64,000 bases of DNA from an uncultured Alphaproteobacteria bacterium. Its GTDB lineage: Bacteria; Pseudomonadota; Alphaproteobacteria; Rhizobiales; Xanthobacteraceae. How positions within the stretch are numbered: position 1 is the stretch's first letter; each line of letters starts with the position of its first letter. Shown one piece after another: positions 43,039 to 52,413 of the stretch. The notes under the pieces were generated by a model, which did not search any database, had not been told where the DNA came from, and saw nothing but the letters and a program-made list of their open reading frames with translations. The stretch is taken from contig CAVTTZ010000033.1 of assembly GCA_963737755.1 (NCBI GenBank), forward strand, positions 803,056 to 867,055. The letters run 5' to 3'. Made by a program: the position numbers and the translations under genes.

Positions 43039-44586
43039 CTAGCTCGCCATGGCGGGACGGTCTTCGACCGCGAAGATCAGATTGAGGATGCGCTCGACAC
43101 TCGCCTCGTGGCCGTCGAGCGTTGCAATTTGCTTGCCGCGCGCCATGACCAGAACGCGATCGGCATGCTCGACGACCTCTTCCAGGTCGGACGAGACCAG
43201 GATCACGCCCATGCCCTGATCGCTGAGGCTGCGAATGGTCTGGAAAATCTCCTGCTTGGCGCCGAGATCGATGCCGCGGGTCGGCTCGTCGAGCAGAAGC
43301 ACGCGCGGCCGGCGATGCAGCCATTTGCCGATGACCAGTTTTTGTTGATTGCCGCCGGAGAGATGCAGCGCGTCGGTATCGAGCCGGTCGGGGTTGAACC
43401 CGATCTGCCGCGCCAGCATGGTCGCGGTGGCGCGCCGCGCGCTCGGCGAAACAACCGGCCCTCTGGCAACGGAACCGATATCGGCGAGCAGAAGATTCGA
43501 GATCGCCGAACGCGACAGCACCAGGCCCTCGCGCTTGCGATCTTCCGGCGCCAGCGCGATGCCGCGATCGATCGCAGCGCCGACCGATGGCGGCCACGAC
43601 ACGTCTTGGCCGCCGATCGCCATGCTGCCTTCCGACAGCGGCTCCAGTCCCGCAACGGAGCGCAAAACTTCGGTGCGGCCGGCGCCGACCAGCCCGGCGA
43701 TGCCGAGCACCTCGCCTTCGCCGAGGTCGAAATTGATGCCGGAAACTTTGCCCGGCAGCGAGAGATTACGAACGCGCAGCAATTCCTTGACGTCGGTGCG
43801 CTCGCGCTTGCGGCCGGCAACGATCTGCACGTCGCCCAGCATGGCTTTCACCAGCGTGTCTTTGGTCCAGGATGGCGCCGGACGCGTCTCGATGAGCTGG
43901 CCGTCGCGCATCACCGAAACGCGATCGCAGAGCCGCAGCACCTCGTCGAGATCGTGCGAGATGAAAATGATCGAGACGTTGTTGTCTTTCAAGCGCCCTA
44001 TCAGCTCGTAGAGCCGCGAGCGCTCGAACGGACCAAGCGGCGCAGTCGGCTCATCCATGATGATGACGTCATGCTCGGCGTGGACCGCGCGCATGATCTC
44101 CAGCATCTGCTGGTTGGCGACCGACAATGTATTGGCCTTGGCGTGCGGTGCGATCTTCACGCCCATCCACTGCGCCAGCTCGCGAAAGCGCTGCTCCATG
44201 CCGCGGCGGTCGACGATGAACCAGCGGCTCGGCACTTCGCCCAAGAACACATTAGAGACCGCGGACATCTCCGGAATAATGGTCAATTCCTGATAGATCG
44301 CGGCGATGCCGTTGTTGCGTTGCGCCCGCGGATCCTCGAACGAAATGGGCCGCCCCTGCACCTCGATGTCGCCGGTATCGGGCGTGCTGGCACCGGACAG
44401 CATGCGGATAAAGGTCGATTTGCCGGCGCCGTTGGCGCCGACCAAGCCGTGCACTTCGCCGGTTTCCAGCACGAAGCTAACCTTGCGCAGCGCCTGCACG
44501 CCGGGAAACGATTTCGAGACATTGCGCACGCGGATGGCGAGCGTCGACTCGCTCACGCGCTTGCTGCCGATCGGGGACTCCACCAT
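43039..44586 (-). CDS. ABC ATP-binding protein with duplicated NBD (RbsA-like)
   Basis: Two Walker A motifs (GANGAGKST, GLVGAGRT). Confidence 0.8.
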   Translation of the reverse strand: MVESPIGSKRVSESTLAIRVRNVSKSFPGVQALRKVSFVLETGEVHGLVGANGAGKSTFIRMLSGASTPDTGDIEVQGRPISFEDPRAQRNNGIAAIYQELTIIPEMSAVSNVFLGEVPSRWFIVDRRGMEQRFRELAQWMGVKIAPHAKANTLSVANQQMLEIMRAVHAEHDVIIMDEPTAPLGPFERSRLYELIGRLKDNNVSIIFISHDLDEVLRLCDRVSVMRDGQLIETRPAPSWTKDTLVKAMLGDVQIVAGRKRERTDVKELLRVRNLSLPGKVSGINFDLGEGEVLGIAGLVGAGRTEVLRSVAGLEPLSEGSMAIGGQDVSWPPSVGAAIDRGIALAPEDRKREGLVLSRSAISNLLLADIGSVARGPVVSPSARRATATMLARQIGFNPDRLDTDALHLSGGNQQKLVIGKWLHRRPRVLLLDEPTRGIDLGAKQEIFQTIRSLSDQGMGVILVSSDLEEVVEHADRVLVMARGKQIATLDGHEASVERILNLIFAVEDRPAMAS

Positions 44587-44659
44587 CGCGGCCTTCCCTT
44601 AAGAATCGCAGGGTCCCGCGCCAGAATGGCACGGGACCCGACGATGTGCGCGATCGTTG

Positions 44660-45712
44660 TTAGTAGACCGGCTCGTACTTGTTGGCGTTGTCCTTGGTCA
44701 TGAAGATGGTGCCGGTGGTGTCGATGATTTCCGGCAGCAACGCTTCGTCGATGTAGGCGTTGATCGGCTTGCCCTCGAGCGCCATCATCAGAGCGGCGGC
44801 GCCGTAATAAGCTTCCTGGTAGGGCAGATACGCCGTGGTCTGCGCCCAGGTGCCGGCGCGGACCTTGCCGATGCCGACCTTGGTGCCGCCGCCGGAGAAG
44901 ATCTGGATGTCCTTGCCCGGCACCTTGCCGGCGGCAACGACCGCCTGCTCGACGCCACGCGACATATCATCCCACGAGGAAATGATAATGTTGATGTCCG
45001 GATGCGCCAGCAGCGCGCTCTGGATCTTGGTCAGCGCGATGCGCGGATCGAAATTCGCCGGCTCGTCGACCACGACTTTCACATTCGGATACTTCGCGGC
45101 CGCCTTCTTGATGGCATTTTCCCAGTAGGTGAACAGATCGGAGCCGACAAAGCCGCCGACCGCCGCGACCGAGCAGTTGCCCTTGCAGGAGGCGAACGCG
45201 CTGTCGATGAACTCGTCGAAGTGCTTCGGTCCCTGCATGGTCAGCGTCGCCGCCAGACCAGGCGTGTAGTCGGGATCGCCGCACATCGCGATATCGATCG
45301 AGACGACCGGCTTGCCGGTCGGCTTGAGCAGCCGATTGTAGAGGCCACAGCCGGGCTGCGCCGCGGCCGGTCCAAACAGATAGCCGTCGAAGCCTTCGGT
45401 GACCGCATTCTCGACCACCTTCGCCTGCGTCGCCGGGCTGAAATTGGCGTCGAAGATCTTATATTCGAAGCCGAATTTTGCCGCCGCCGCCTTGAGGCCC
45501 GCAAGCCGCGCCAGACAGTACGGATTGTCGACGCATTCGGTCAGGTAGGCGATGCGATACTTTTTGGTCGGCTTCGCGCCGGACTTGTCGTAATCGACAA
45601 CGGCTTTCGCCGCCGGCGACACCTCTGCGGCCGTCGCTTTGTTGGCAGCGCTCGCCATAAGCGCGGCGCCGACCGCGACCGCAACGATCGCAGACAGCGA
45701 TCGCCGCTTCAT
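44660..45712 (-). CDS. Periplasmic substrate-binding protein (sugar/ribose-type)
   Basis: Signal peptide MKRRSLSAIVAVAVGAALMASAA; intact. Confidence 0.8.
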   Translation of the reverse strand: MKRRSLSAIVAVAVGAALMASAANKATAAEVSPAAKAVVDYDKSGAKPTKKYRIAYLTECVDNPYCLARLAGLKAAAAKFGFEYKIFDANFSPATQAKVVENAVTEGFDGYLFGPAAAQPGCGLYNRLLKPTGKPVVSIDIAMCGDPDYTPGLAATLTMQGPKHFDEFIDSAFASCKGNCSVAAVGGFVGSDLFTYWENAIKKAAAKYPNVKVVVDEPANFDPRIALTKIQSALLAHPDINIIISSWDDMSRGVEQAVVAAGKVPGKDIQIFSGGGTKVGIGKVRAGTWAQTTAYLPYQEAYYGAAALMMALEGKPINAYIDEALLPEIIDTTGTIFMTKDNANKYEPVY

Positions 45713-46339
45713 TCCTCGTGTTGCAAGCCAGTCAATCATCGTATGCCCCTTTGTTAGGTGGAAAGTGCGAAGGTGTTCGCGATGGCCCGTTCTGCGCTGT
45801 CAATCGGCAGGCGCGGCGCTCGGGCTTCTGGAAACTGTTGTGGATACGGTCGTCGCGGGCGCGATCTCTGTTGTGGCCGTAACTTTTTGCACCGCGCGCG
45901 CGGTCCGCTGTGTGTGCCGGCAAAAGAGAGCGACGCAGGTATTGCCGAAGATCGTAATTCTCACCGAACTCATCACTTATTCAGGCCCGGCTGCGACCCT
46001 CGGCCGGCAGAGCGCATCTGCCTTCGCAACCAAACACGTACTTTTGCTCTCTTGAGCACTTTGCTCATCCAGTCTTTCGTCTGCCCGCCCTCTTTGCCAA
46101 TCGACGCGCAAAAGACGTGCAAACAATCGCCTGCACACCAAAGAGGCGTGCCCGGTGAATGGGCAGAGGTTGCAGGCGGTGCGTGATCTTGTAAATTTCA
46201 AATTCCAGAAATGCGATTTCGGCAAAGCCAAACGACCGCTGATTAATTGGTGCGCAGATGTGCAGGGATTTGCACCATGCCTAGGCACAACAAATCTAAA
46301 AACGCGGAACGAGACGGCAACCTGCGGCCGGAGCGTTTC

Positions 46340-47284
46340 ATGGCGTTGGTCACGTTTCGCCAGATCCGTTATTTCATCGCCGTCGCCGAAAGCGGTAAAA
46401 TCAGCGCCGCAGCGGCGATGCTCGGCATTTCTCCGTCCGTGGTGACCGAGGCGGTGAGCGAACTGGAAACATTGTCGCGGATGAAACTATTCCAGCGACA
46501 GCCGCGCGGTCTCGATTTGACCTATGAAGGTCACCGCTTTTTGGCGCATTGCCGCAACATCTTGTCGGCGGTTGAGGGCGCCAACGACGCGCTGGCGCGG
46601 CCCGACAGCGAACTGGAAGGCACGCTCAAGCTGGCGACCACGATTACGGTCGCGGGCTATTTTCTGGCGCCGCTTTTGTCGCGTTTTCAGAAGACGTTTC
46701 CGAACATTCACGTGCAGATCGTGGAAGAAAAACGACTGCCCTTGGAAGAAGGCCTGATCGACGGCCGGCACGACCTCGCCCTGATGCTGGTATCGAATCT
46801 CACCAATCGCCAGAAGCTGTTGAGCCACACGCTGGTGCATTCGATGCGCCGGCTCTGGCTGCCGCCGAAACATCCGTTGCTCAATCAGGAGATTGTCACG
46901 CTCGCCGACGTCGCCGCCCTGCCCTACATCCAGCTCGCCATCGACGATGCCGAAGCCTCCACCGGCGCGTACTGGAATGCGCACAATCTGCGGCCGAACA
47001 TCATCATCCGCACCGAGTCGGTCGAGGCCATCCGCAGCCTGATCGCGCATCGCCACGGCGTCACCATCCTTTCAGATATGATGTATCGGCCGTGGTCGCT
47101 GGAGGGTAGCCGCATCGAAGTGCGCGAAGTGGCGGCGAACATTCCAACCATGAATACCGGCCTCGTCTGGTCGCGGGCTCGCGAGCCAAGCACCGAAGCA
47201 CGCGCTTTCATCGAGTTTTGCCGCATCGAATACGACAGCGGTCGTCTTGAGGTGCGCCGCAATATGCCGATCGAGCGGGAGTAA
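46340..47284 (+). CDS. LysR family transcriptional regulator (alternative start 46277)
   Basis: N-terminal HTH FRQIRYFIAVAESGKISAAAAMLGISPSVVTEAVSELE. Confidence 0.75.
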   Translation: MALVTFRQIRYFIAVAESGKISAAAAMLGISPSVVTEAVSELETLSRMKLFQRQPRGLDLTYEGHRFLAHCRNILSAVEGANDALARPDSELEGTLKLATTITVAGYFLAPLLSRFQKTFPNIHVQIVEEKRLPLEEGLIDGRHDLALMLVSNLTNRQKLLSHTLVHSMRRLWLPPKHPLLNQEIVTLADVAALPYIQLAIDDAEASTGAYWNAHNLRPNIIIRTESVEAIRSLIAHRHGVTILSDMMYRPWSLEGSRIEVREVAANIPTMNTGLVWSRAREPSTEARAFIEFCRIEYDSGRLEVRRNMPIERE

Positions 47285-47393
47285 TAGCTCGCACGCTTGA
47301 CGATGCTTGGCACATCGCTTGCAGGTGCCTTTGCGCCTTAAGGCGCGGCCTCGCGGGCGCGCGGCAGTACACAAAATCGTGAGGAGATGGGCG

Positions 47394-48209
47394 ATGTCGA
47401 ACAGCAAGCCGATGGTGGTTGGCGGACGTGACGTTGAATCCGCGCGTCTGGGAACCGGCGCTTACGCCTGGCAGGTCAGCCCGTCGCACGTCGACCTGTC
47501 GATGCCGGCCAAGGAGCCGTTGCTGGCGAACATTGCGGCCGAGCCGCAAAACATCACCGTCGATCTCGCCCGCTCGGCCATGATCGTGGTCGACATGCAG
47601 AACGATTTTTGCGCTCCCGGCGGTTGGGTCGATTGGCTTGGTGCCGATCTCTCGCCCGAGCGCGCGCCGATCAAGCCGCTGCAGGCAATCCTGCCGGCCC
47701 TGCGCGCCAACGGCGTGCCGATCATTTGGCTCAATTGGGGCAACCGCCCCGATCGCAAGAATCTGCCGCCGACGATTCTTTATGTGTTCAATCCGGACGG
47801 CAACGGCATCGGCATCGGTGGCGAACTGCCCGGCAACGGCGCGCATCTTCTGGAAAAGGACAGTTGGTCGGCCGCGGTGGTCGACGAACTCGAGCAACTG
47901 CCGGAAGACATCAAGGTCGACAAATATCGCATCAGCGGTTTCTGGGACACGCCGCTCGACAGCATCCTGCGCAATCTCGAGGTCAAGACGGTGTTCTTCA
48001 GCGGCGTCAACACCGACCAGTGCGTGTTGCACTCGCTGACCGATGCGCACTTCCTCGGCTACAATTGCGTGCTGGTGCAGGACTGCTGCGGCACCACCTC
48101 GCCGGATTTCTGCCACGAGGCGACCTTGTGGAATGTGAAAAAGTGCTTCGGCTTCGTGACAAAAGCTGACGATGTGATATCGGCAGTGCCGAAGAAGGCG
48201 GCCGGCTGA
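47394..48209 (+). CDS. Isochorismatase-family cysteine hydrolase (RutB / N-carbamoylsarcosine amidase-like)
   Basis: ..MIVVDMQNDFC.., ..FFSGVNTDQCVLHSLTDA..; SD GAGGAG. Confidence 0.8.
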   Translation: MSNSKPMVVGGRDVESARLGTGAYAWQVSPSHVDLSMPAKEPLLANIAAEPQNITVDLARSAMIVVDMQNDFCAPGGWVDWLGADLSPERAPIKPLQAILPALRANGVPIIWLNWGNRPDRKNLPPTILYVFNPDGNGIGIGGELPGNGAHLLEKDSWSAAVVDELEQLPEDIKVDKYRISGFWDTPLDSILRNLEVKTVFFSGVNTDQCVLHSLTDAHFLGYNCVLVQDCCGTTSPDFCHEATLWNVKKCFGFVTKADDVISAVPKKAAG

Positions 48210-48297
48210 GACGCCGCCGCCGATCACAGGACACGACCGCCCTAAGTGGACGCGAAGCCATCACGCATCGATTGGCGCAGCCTCGATAAGGCTGCGC

Positions 48298-49101
48298 TTG
48301 ACGCCGGCTTACAACAACGGCGCAGCGGTCACCAACAGCGCCGCGATCGTCGTGGCGTGGGAGCAACATAGCGCGGCCCTTCGCTCGCGGGGCGACGCGA
48401 TGCTCGATCTCGCGTACGGACCAAAGCCGCGCAACCGGATCGACTTCATCCGATGCGGCGCGCCGGATGCGCCGACGCTGGTTTTTATCCACGGCGGTTA
48501 CTGGCAGATGCGGGCGAAGGACAATTTCACTTTCCTCGCCAAGGGTCCGCTGGCGATCGGAATGAACGTTGCGCTGGTCGGCTACACGCTGGCGCCCACA
48601 GCCTCGATGGACGAGATCGTTGCCGAAATTCGCGAGGCACTCGATTGGCTCGCGGCGCAATTGCCCGCGCTCGGCGGCGATGCGGAGAAGCTTTTGGTCT
48701 CGGGCTGGTCGGCCGGCGGGCATCTCGCCGCCATGACCATGGATCATCCGGCGGTTCGCGGCTGTCTCGCGATCAGCGGCATCTACGATCTTGAGCCGAT
48801 CCGGCACTGCTACGTCAACGACAAGCTCGGTCTCGATGAAGCGGCAGCCCAGCGCAACGCGCCGATGCTCGTGCGGCCGTCACGGCAAATCCCGCTCGCG
48901 ATCGTGGTCGGCGGCGCCGAGCTTCCGCTGATGGTGCAGCAATCTGCCGATTATGCGCAGATGCTCACCCAACATGGTTGGCCGGTGCAATTTCGCGAAA
49001 TTGCCGGCGCTGATCACTTTTCCATCCTTGAAGAGATGGAGAAGGACGACGGTGCGATCACCGGCATTCTCCGCGACCTGCGAACAGCCGCCGGGCTATA
49101 G
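48298..49101 (+). CDS. Alpha/beta hydrolase of arylformamidase (kynurenine formamidase-like) type
   Basis: FIHGGYW oxyanion motif and GWSAGGHLAA nucleophile elbow. Confidence 0.7.
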   Translation: MTPAYNNGAAVTNSAAIVVAWEQHSAALRSRGDAMLDLAYGPKPRNRIDFIRCGAPDAPTLVFIHGGYWQMRAKDNFTFLAKGPLAIGMNVALVGYTLAPTASMDEIVAEIREALDWLAAQLPALGGDAEKLLVSGWSAGGHLAAMTMDHPAVRGCLAISGIYDLEPIRHCYVNDKLGLDEAAAQRNAPMLVRPSRQIPLAIVVGGAELPLMVQQSADYAQMLTQHGWPVQFREIAGADHFSILEEMEKDDGAITGILRDLRTAAGL

Positions 49102-49136
49102 CGCTACAATCTCAATCCCCAAGACGCCGCACAGGT

Positions 49137-49382
49137 TCACGCCGTCTCGATCACCACGAGCGCCTGTCCGGGCTCGACCGGCCCTTCGTTGTCGACGAGA
49201 AAGCGCACGATCTTGCCGGCGGCATCGGCGTGCACTTCGGTGAATTGCTTCATCACTTCGATGAGCCCGATGATCTCGCCCTCGGCAACCTTGTCGCCGT
49301 CTTCCTTAAAGGCCGGCTTCTCGGGTGCCGGCCGCCGGTAAAAAATTCCGGGCAGCGGGCTCAAAACTTCATGCTGCGCCAT
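49137..49382 (-). CDS. Small biotin/lipoyl-attachment domain protein (BCCP-like, 81 aa)
   Basis: ..IIGLIEVMKQFTEV.. hammerhead biotinyl fold sequence; adjacent to pxpA. Confidence 0.7.
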   Translation of the reverse strand: MAQHEVLSPLPGIFYRRPAPEKPAFKEDGDKVAEGEIIGLIEVMKQFTEVHADAAGKIVRFLVDNEGPVEPGQALVVIETA

Positions 49383-49453
49383 TCTCGCATCCCCTCTGAG
49401 CGTCGGCTTGGCTGAAAAGCTGAACCTTGAGGCTCAACCCTTAAAGGCTTGTC

Positions 49454-50212
49454 TTAAAGATAGTCGGCGACCGCGGCCTTGACGGTTTCGGCGAGTTCGA
49501 CCGCATTCGGCGTATCGGAATGCACGCAAATGCAATCGGCTCGAACCTTCACTTCCTTGCCGCTGACCGACACCGTGACGCCTTCCTTCACCGCACGCAA
49601 GGCCCGCTCGGCAGCCTGCTTCGGATCGAAGGCATGGTGCTCGCGGGTGATGATGACCATGCCGTCGTCGCCATAGTCGAGATCGGCGTAATACTCGGCG
49701 ATGAAGCCGATGCCCGCGGCCGGATAAACGCGCTCGTGGAATGTCCCGATCATTCCCATCAACGGCACATTGAAGACCTTGGCGGCTTCGGCGATCGCCT
49801 TGGCGACCTCTTCGGAGCGCGCCGCCATGCCGTACAACGATCCGTGCGGCTTGATGTGGTACAGCTCCATGCCTTCGCGCTCGAGAAAGCCTTTGATCGC
49901 GCCGACCTGATAGATGACGCAGTCGGTCAGTTCCTCGGGCCGCATTTTCATCTCGCGGCGGCCGAAGCCTTGCAGGTCGGGCAACGACGGATGGGCGCCG
50001 ACCTTCACATTATGCTGCTTCGCCAACCGCACTGTTTTCGCAATCACCGATGGGTCCGAGGCATGAAAGCCGCAGGCCACGTTGGCGATGGTGATGTGCG
50101 GCATCAGTCCTTCGTCATCACCCATTTTGTAGAGGCCGAAGCTTTCGCCCATGTCGCAATTGATCGCGACCTTGCTGTTCGATTTGGCTGCGGCCATCGT
50201 CTTGATCTCCAT
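49454..50212 (-). CDS. pxpA: 5-oxoprolinase subunit A (LamB/YcsF family)
   Basis: Intact 252 aa; ..INCDMGESFG.. family hallmark. Confidence 0.85.
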   Translation of the reverse strand: MEIKTMAAAKSNSKVAINCDMGESFGLYKMGDDEGLMPHITIANVACGFHASDPSVIAKTVRLAKQHNVKVGAHPSLPDLQGFGRREMKMRPEELTDCVIYQVGAIKGFLEREGMELYHIKPHGSLYGMAARSEEVAKAIAEAAKVFNVPLMGMIGTFHERVYPAAGIGFIAEYYADLDYGDDGMVIITREHHAFDPKQAAERALRAVKEGVTVSVSGKEVKVRADCICVHSDTPNAVELAETVKAAVADYL

Positions 50213-50499
50213 CGTCTCGCCGGGATCGTTGTTCGATCCTAAAACTGCGCTGTCAATATCCTAGTCGATAAATCCGATGCAATGAAGCCGTCGCACGCGT
50301 GGCGCATCCGACGCCATGCGAACACGTGCCGAACATCCACGCGGCGAACACCCCGACCATCGCAGAAGCTTTGCATTTGCAACTGAACGCGTTAGCTTGG
50401 CCGAAAGTGCCATCCTGTTAACGGGATCGTTGCCAGGCGACGCGTCGGCAACCGGGCATTTTGGGGCGGAAGAACGACATCTCGCGGACAAGACGGATC

Positions 50500-52404
50500 A
50501 TGGCGAAAAAAACGAATAAGGCGAAGACATCCAAGAGCGCACCTGCGCGCGCGGCAAAATCCAAGCTCGCGTCGAAATCAGCCGCGAAAGCATCGTCCGC
50601 AAAGAGGACCCTCGCCAAAAAATCCACTGCCAAGACCAAGGTGGATCCGATTACGCTGTCGGTGATCCGCGGCATTCTTGAAACCACGCAGCGCGAAATG
50701 ACGCTGTCGCTGGAGAAGACCGCGCGCTCCAGCGTGTTCAATCTGGCGCACGATTATTCGACTGCGCTGTTTAATCACGTTCCCGAAATGATCCTGCAGG
50801 GACAGGATATTCCGATCCATCTCGGTTCGCTGATTCCAGCGATGAAAGCCGTGGCGCGCTATTTCGGCGACGACATCCACGAAGGCGATCTCATTCTGCA
50901 CAACGACCCGGCCTTCGGCGGCAGCCACGCCATCGACGTGTGCATGTACAAGCCGGTATTCTACAAGGGAAAGTTGCGTTACTGGACGGTCTGCAAAGGC
51001 CACCTCACCGACATCGGCGGCCCGGTGCCGGCCGGCTATAATCCGAACGCGACGGAGATTTATGCCGAGTGCCTGCGCATTCCGCCGGTCAAGATCTGGG
51101 ACCGCGGCAAGCCGCGCAACGACGTGATCAATCTGATCTTCACCAACATGCGCGCGCGCCGCGATCAGGAAGGCGACTTCAACGCCTTGATCGGCGCCTG
51201 CCAGGTCGGCGAGCGCAATCTGATCGGCATGGTCGAAAAATACGGACTCGACCAGACCGACGCCTGCATCGAAGAACTGCTCGCGATGGCCGACCGTCAT
51301 ATGCGCAGCCTGATCAAAGCGGTGCCGGACGGCGTCTATCAGGGCGCGGCGATTCTCGAAGATGCCGGCCACGGCTTTGGCGACATCGAGATCAGCGCCA
51401 CCGTCACGATCAAGAGCGACACCTGCCACATCGCCATCAAGAGCCCGCCGCAGATCCCGTATTTCGTCAATTCATACGAGGGCAACTCGCACTCGGGCGT
51501 CTATCTCGGACTGATGATGTTCGCGCAATTGCCGCCGCCCTATAACGAGGGGCTGTATCGCTGCGTGACCGTCGATTTCGGCCCCAAAGGCACGCTGTGC
51601 AACGCGGTCGAACCGGCGCCGCACATGAACTGCACGACCACGCCGATGGAAACGCTGACCGACGCGGTGAGGCTGGCGTTCGAGAAAGCCATGCCGGCGA
51701 AAGTTTCGGCCTCGTGGGGTCACGCCAACGGCTTCAACATTGCCGGCTGGGACACCCGTACCAACGAGGAATACGTCACGATGGTGCTGGCCACCATCAT
51801 CTCCGGCGCCGGCGCCACGCCGCAGCAGGACGGTTGGCACGCGTGCGGTCCGGAATGCTGCTTCGGCGCGCTCACCTCGGGCGACGTCGAGCTTCTGGAA
51901 TATTCCTATCCGATCGTCATTCACCGCTATTCGCTGATCGAGGATTCCGGTGGCGCCGGCAAATTCCGCGGCGGATCCGGAACGGCGTGGGAGGTCGAGC
52001 CGCTCGATCGCGAAATGACCTTCATCACCTTCGGCGAAGGCCGCCGCATTCCTGCGGTCGGCGCCGCCGGCGCCGTGTCCAAAATGGTCGATACCAAGGT
52101 CGGACGCATCGAGGTCCGGCGCGACGGCAAGGTCGACACCATCCGCAAGAACGTGATCGAAAACGTAAAGCCCGGCGAGACGGTGACCAATCTCAATCCG
52201 GGCGGCGGCGGTTACGGCAATCCGTTCGAGCGGCCGGTCGAGAAGATCGTCTGGGACGTGAAGAACGGCTTGGTTTCGATCACGGGTGCGCGCGAGGATT
52301 ATGGTGTCGTCATCACCAATCCCGAAACGCTCACCGTCGATATGGCCGAAACCGAAAAATTGCGTCACACCGCGCTTGCCGGCGCCGATCGCGCCAGCGT
52401 CTGA
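50500..52404 (+). CDS. hyuB: Hydantoinase B/oxoprolinase family protein (HyuB) with about 45-aa Lys/Ala-rich N-terminal extension
   Basis: Intact; canonical N-terminus ..DPITLSVIRGILETTQREM.. preceded in frame by MAKKTNKAKTSKSAPARAAKSKLASKSAAK.. Confidence 0.8.
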   Translation: MAKKTNKAKTSKSAPARAAKSKLASKSAAKASSAKRTLAKKSTAKTKVDPITLSVIRGILETTQREMTLSLEKTARSSVFNLAHDYSTALFNHVPEMILQGQDIPIHLGSLIPAMKAVARYFGDDIHEGDLILHNDPAFGGSHAIDVCMYKPVFYKGKLRYWTVCKGHLTDIGGPVPAGYNPNATEIYAECLRIPPVKIWDRGKPRNDVINLIFTNMRARRDQEGDFNALIGACQVGERNLIGMVEKYGLDQTDACIEELLAMADRHMRSLIKAVPDGVYQGAAILEDAGHGFGDIEISATVTIKSDTCHIAIKSPPQIPYFVNSYEGNSHSGVYLGLMMFAQLPPPYNEGLYRCVTVDFGPKGTLCNAVEPAPHMNCTTTPMETLTDAVRLAFEKAMPAKVSASWGHANGFNIAGWDTRTNEEYVTMVLATIISGAGATPQQDGWHACGPECCFGALTSGDVELLEYSYPIVIHRYSLIEDSGGAGKFRGGSGTAWEVEPLDREMTFITFGEGRRIPAVGAAGAVSKMVDTKVGRIEVRRDGKVDTIRKNVIENVKPGETVTNLNPGGGGYGNPFERPVEKIVWDVKNGLVSITGAREDYGVVITNPETLTVDMAETEKLRHTALAGADRASV

Positions 52405-52413
52405 GTCAGAAAC

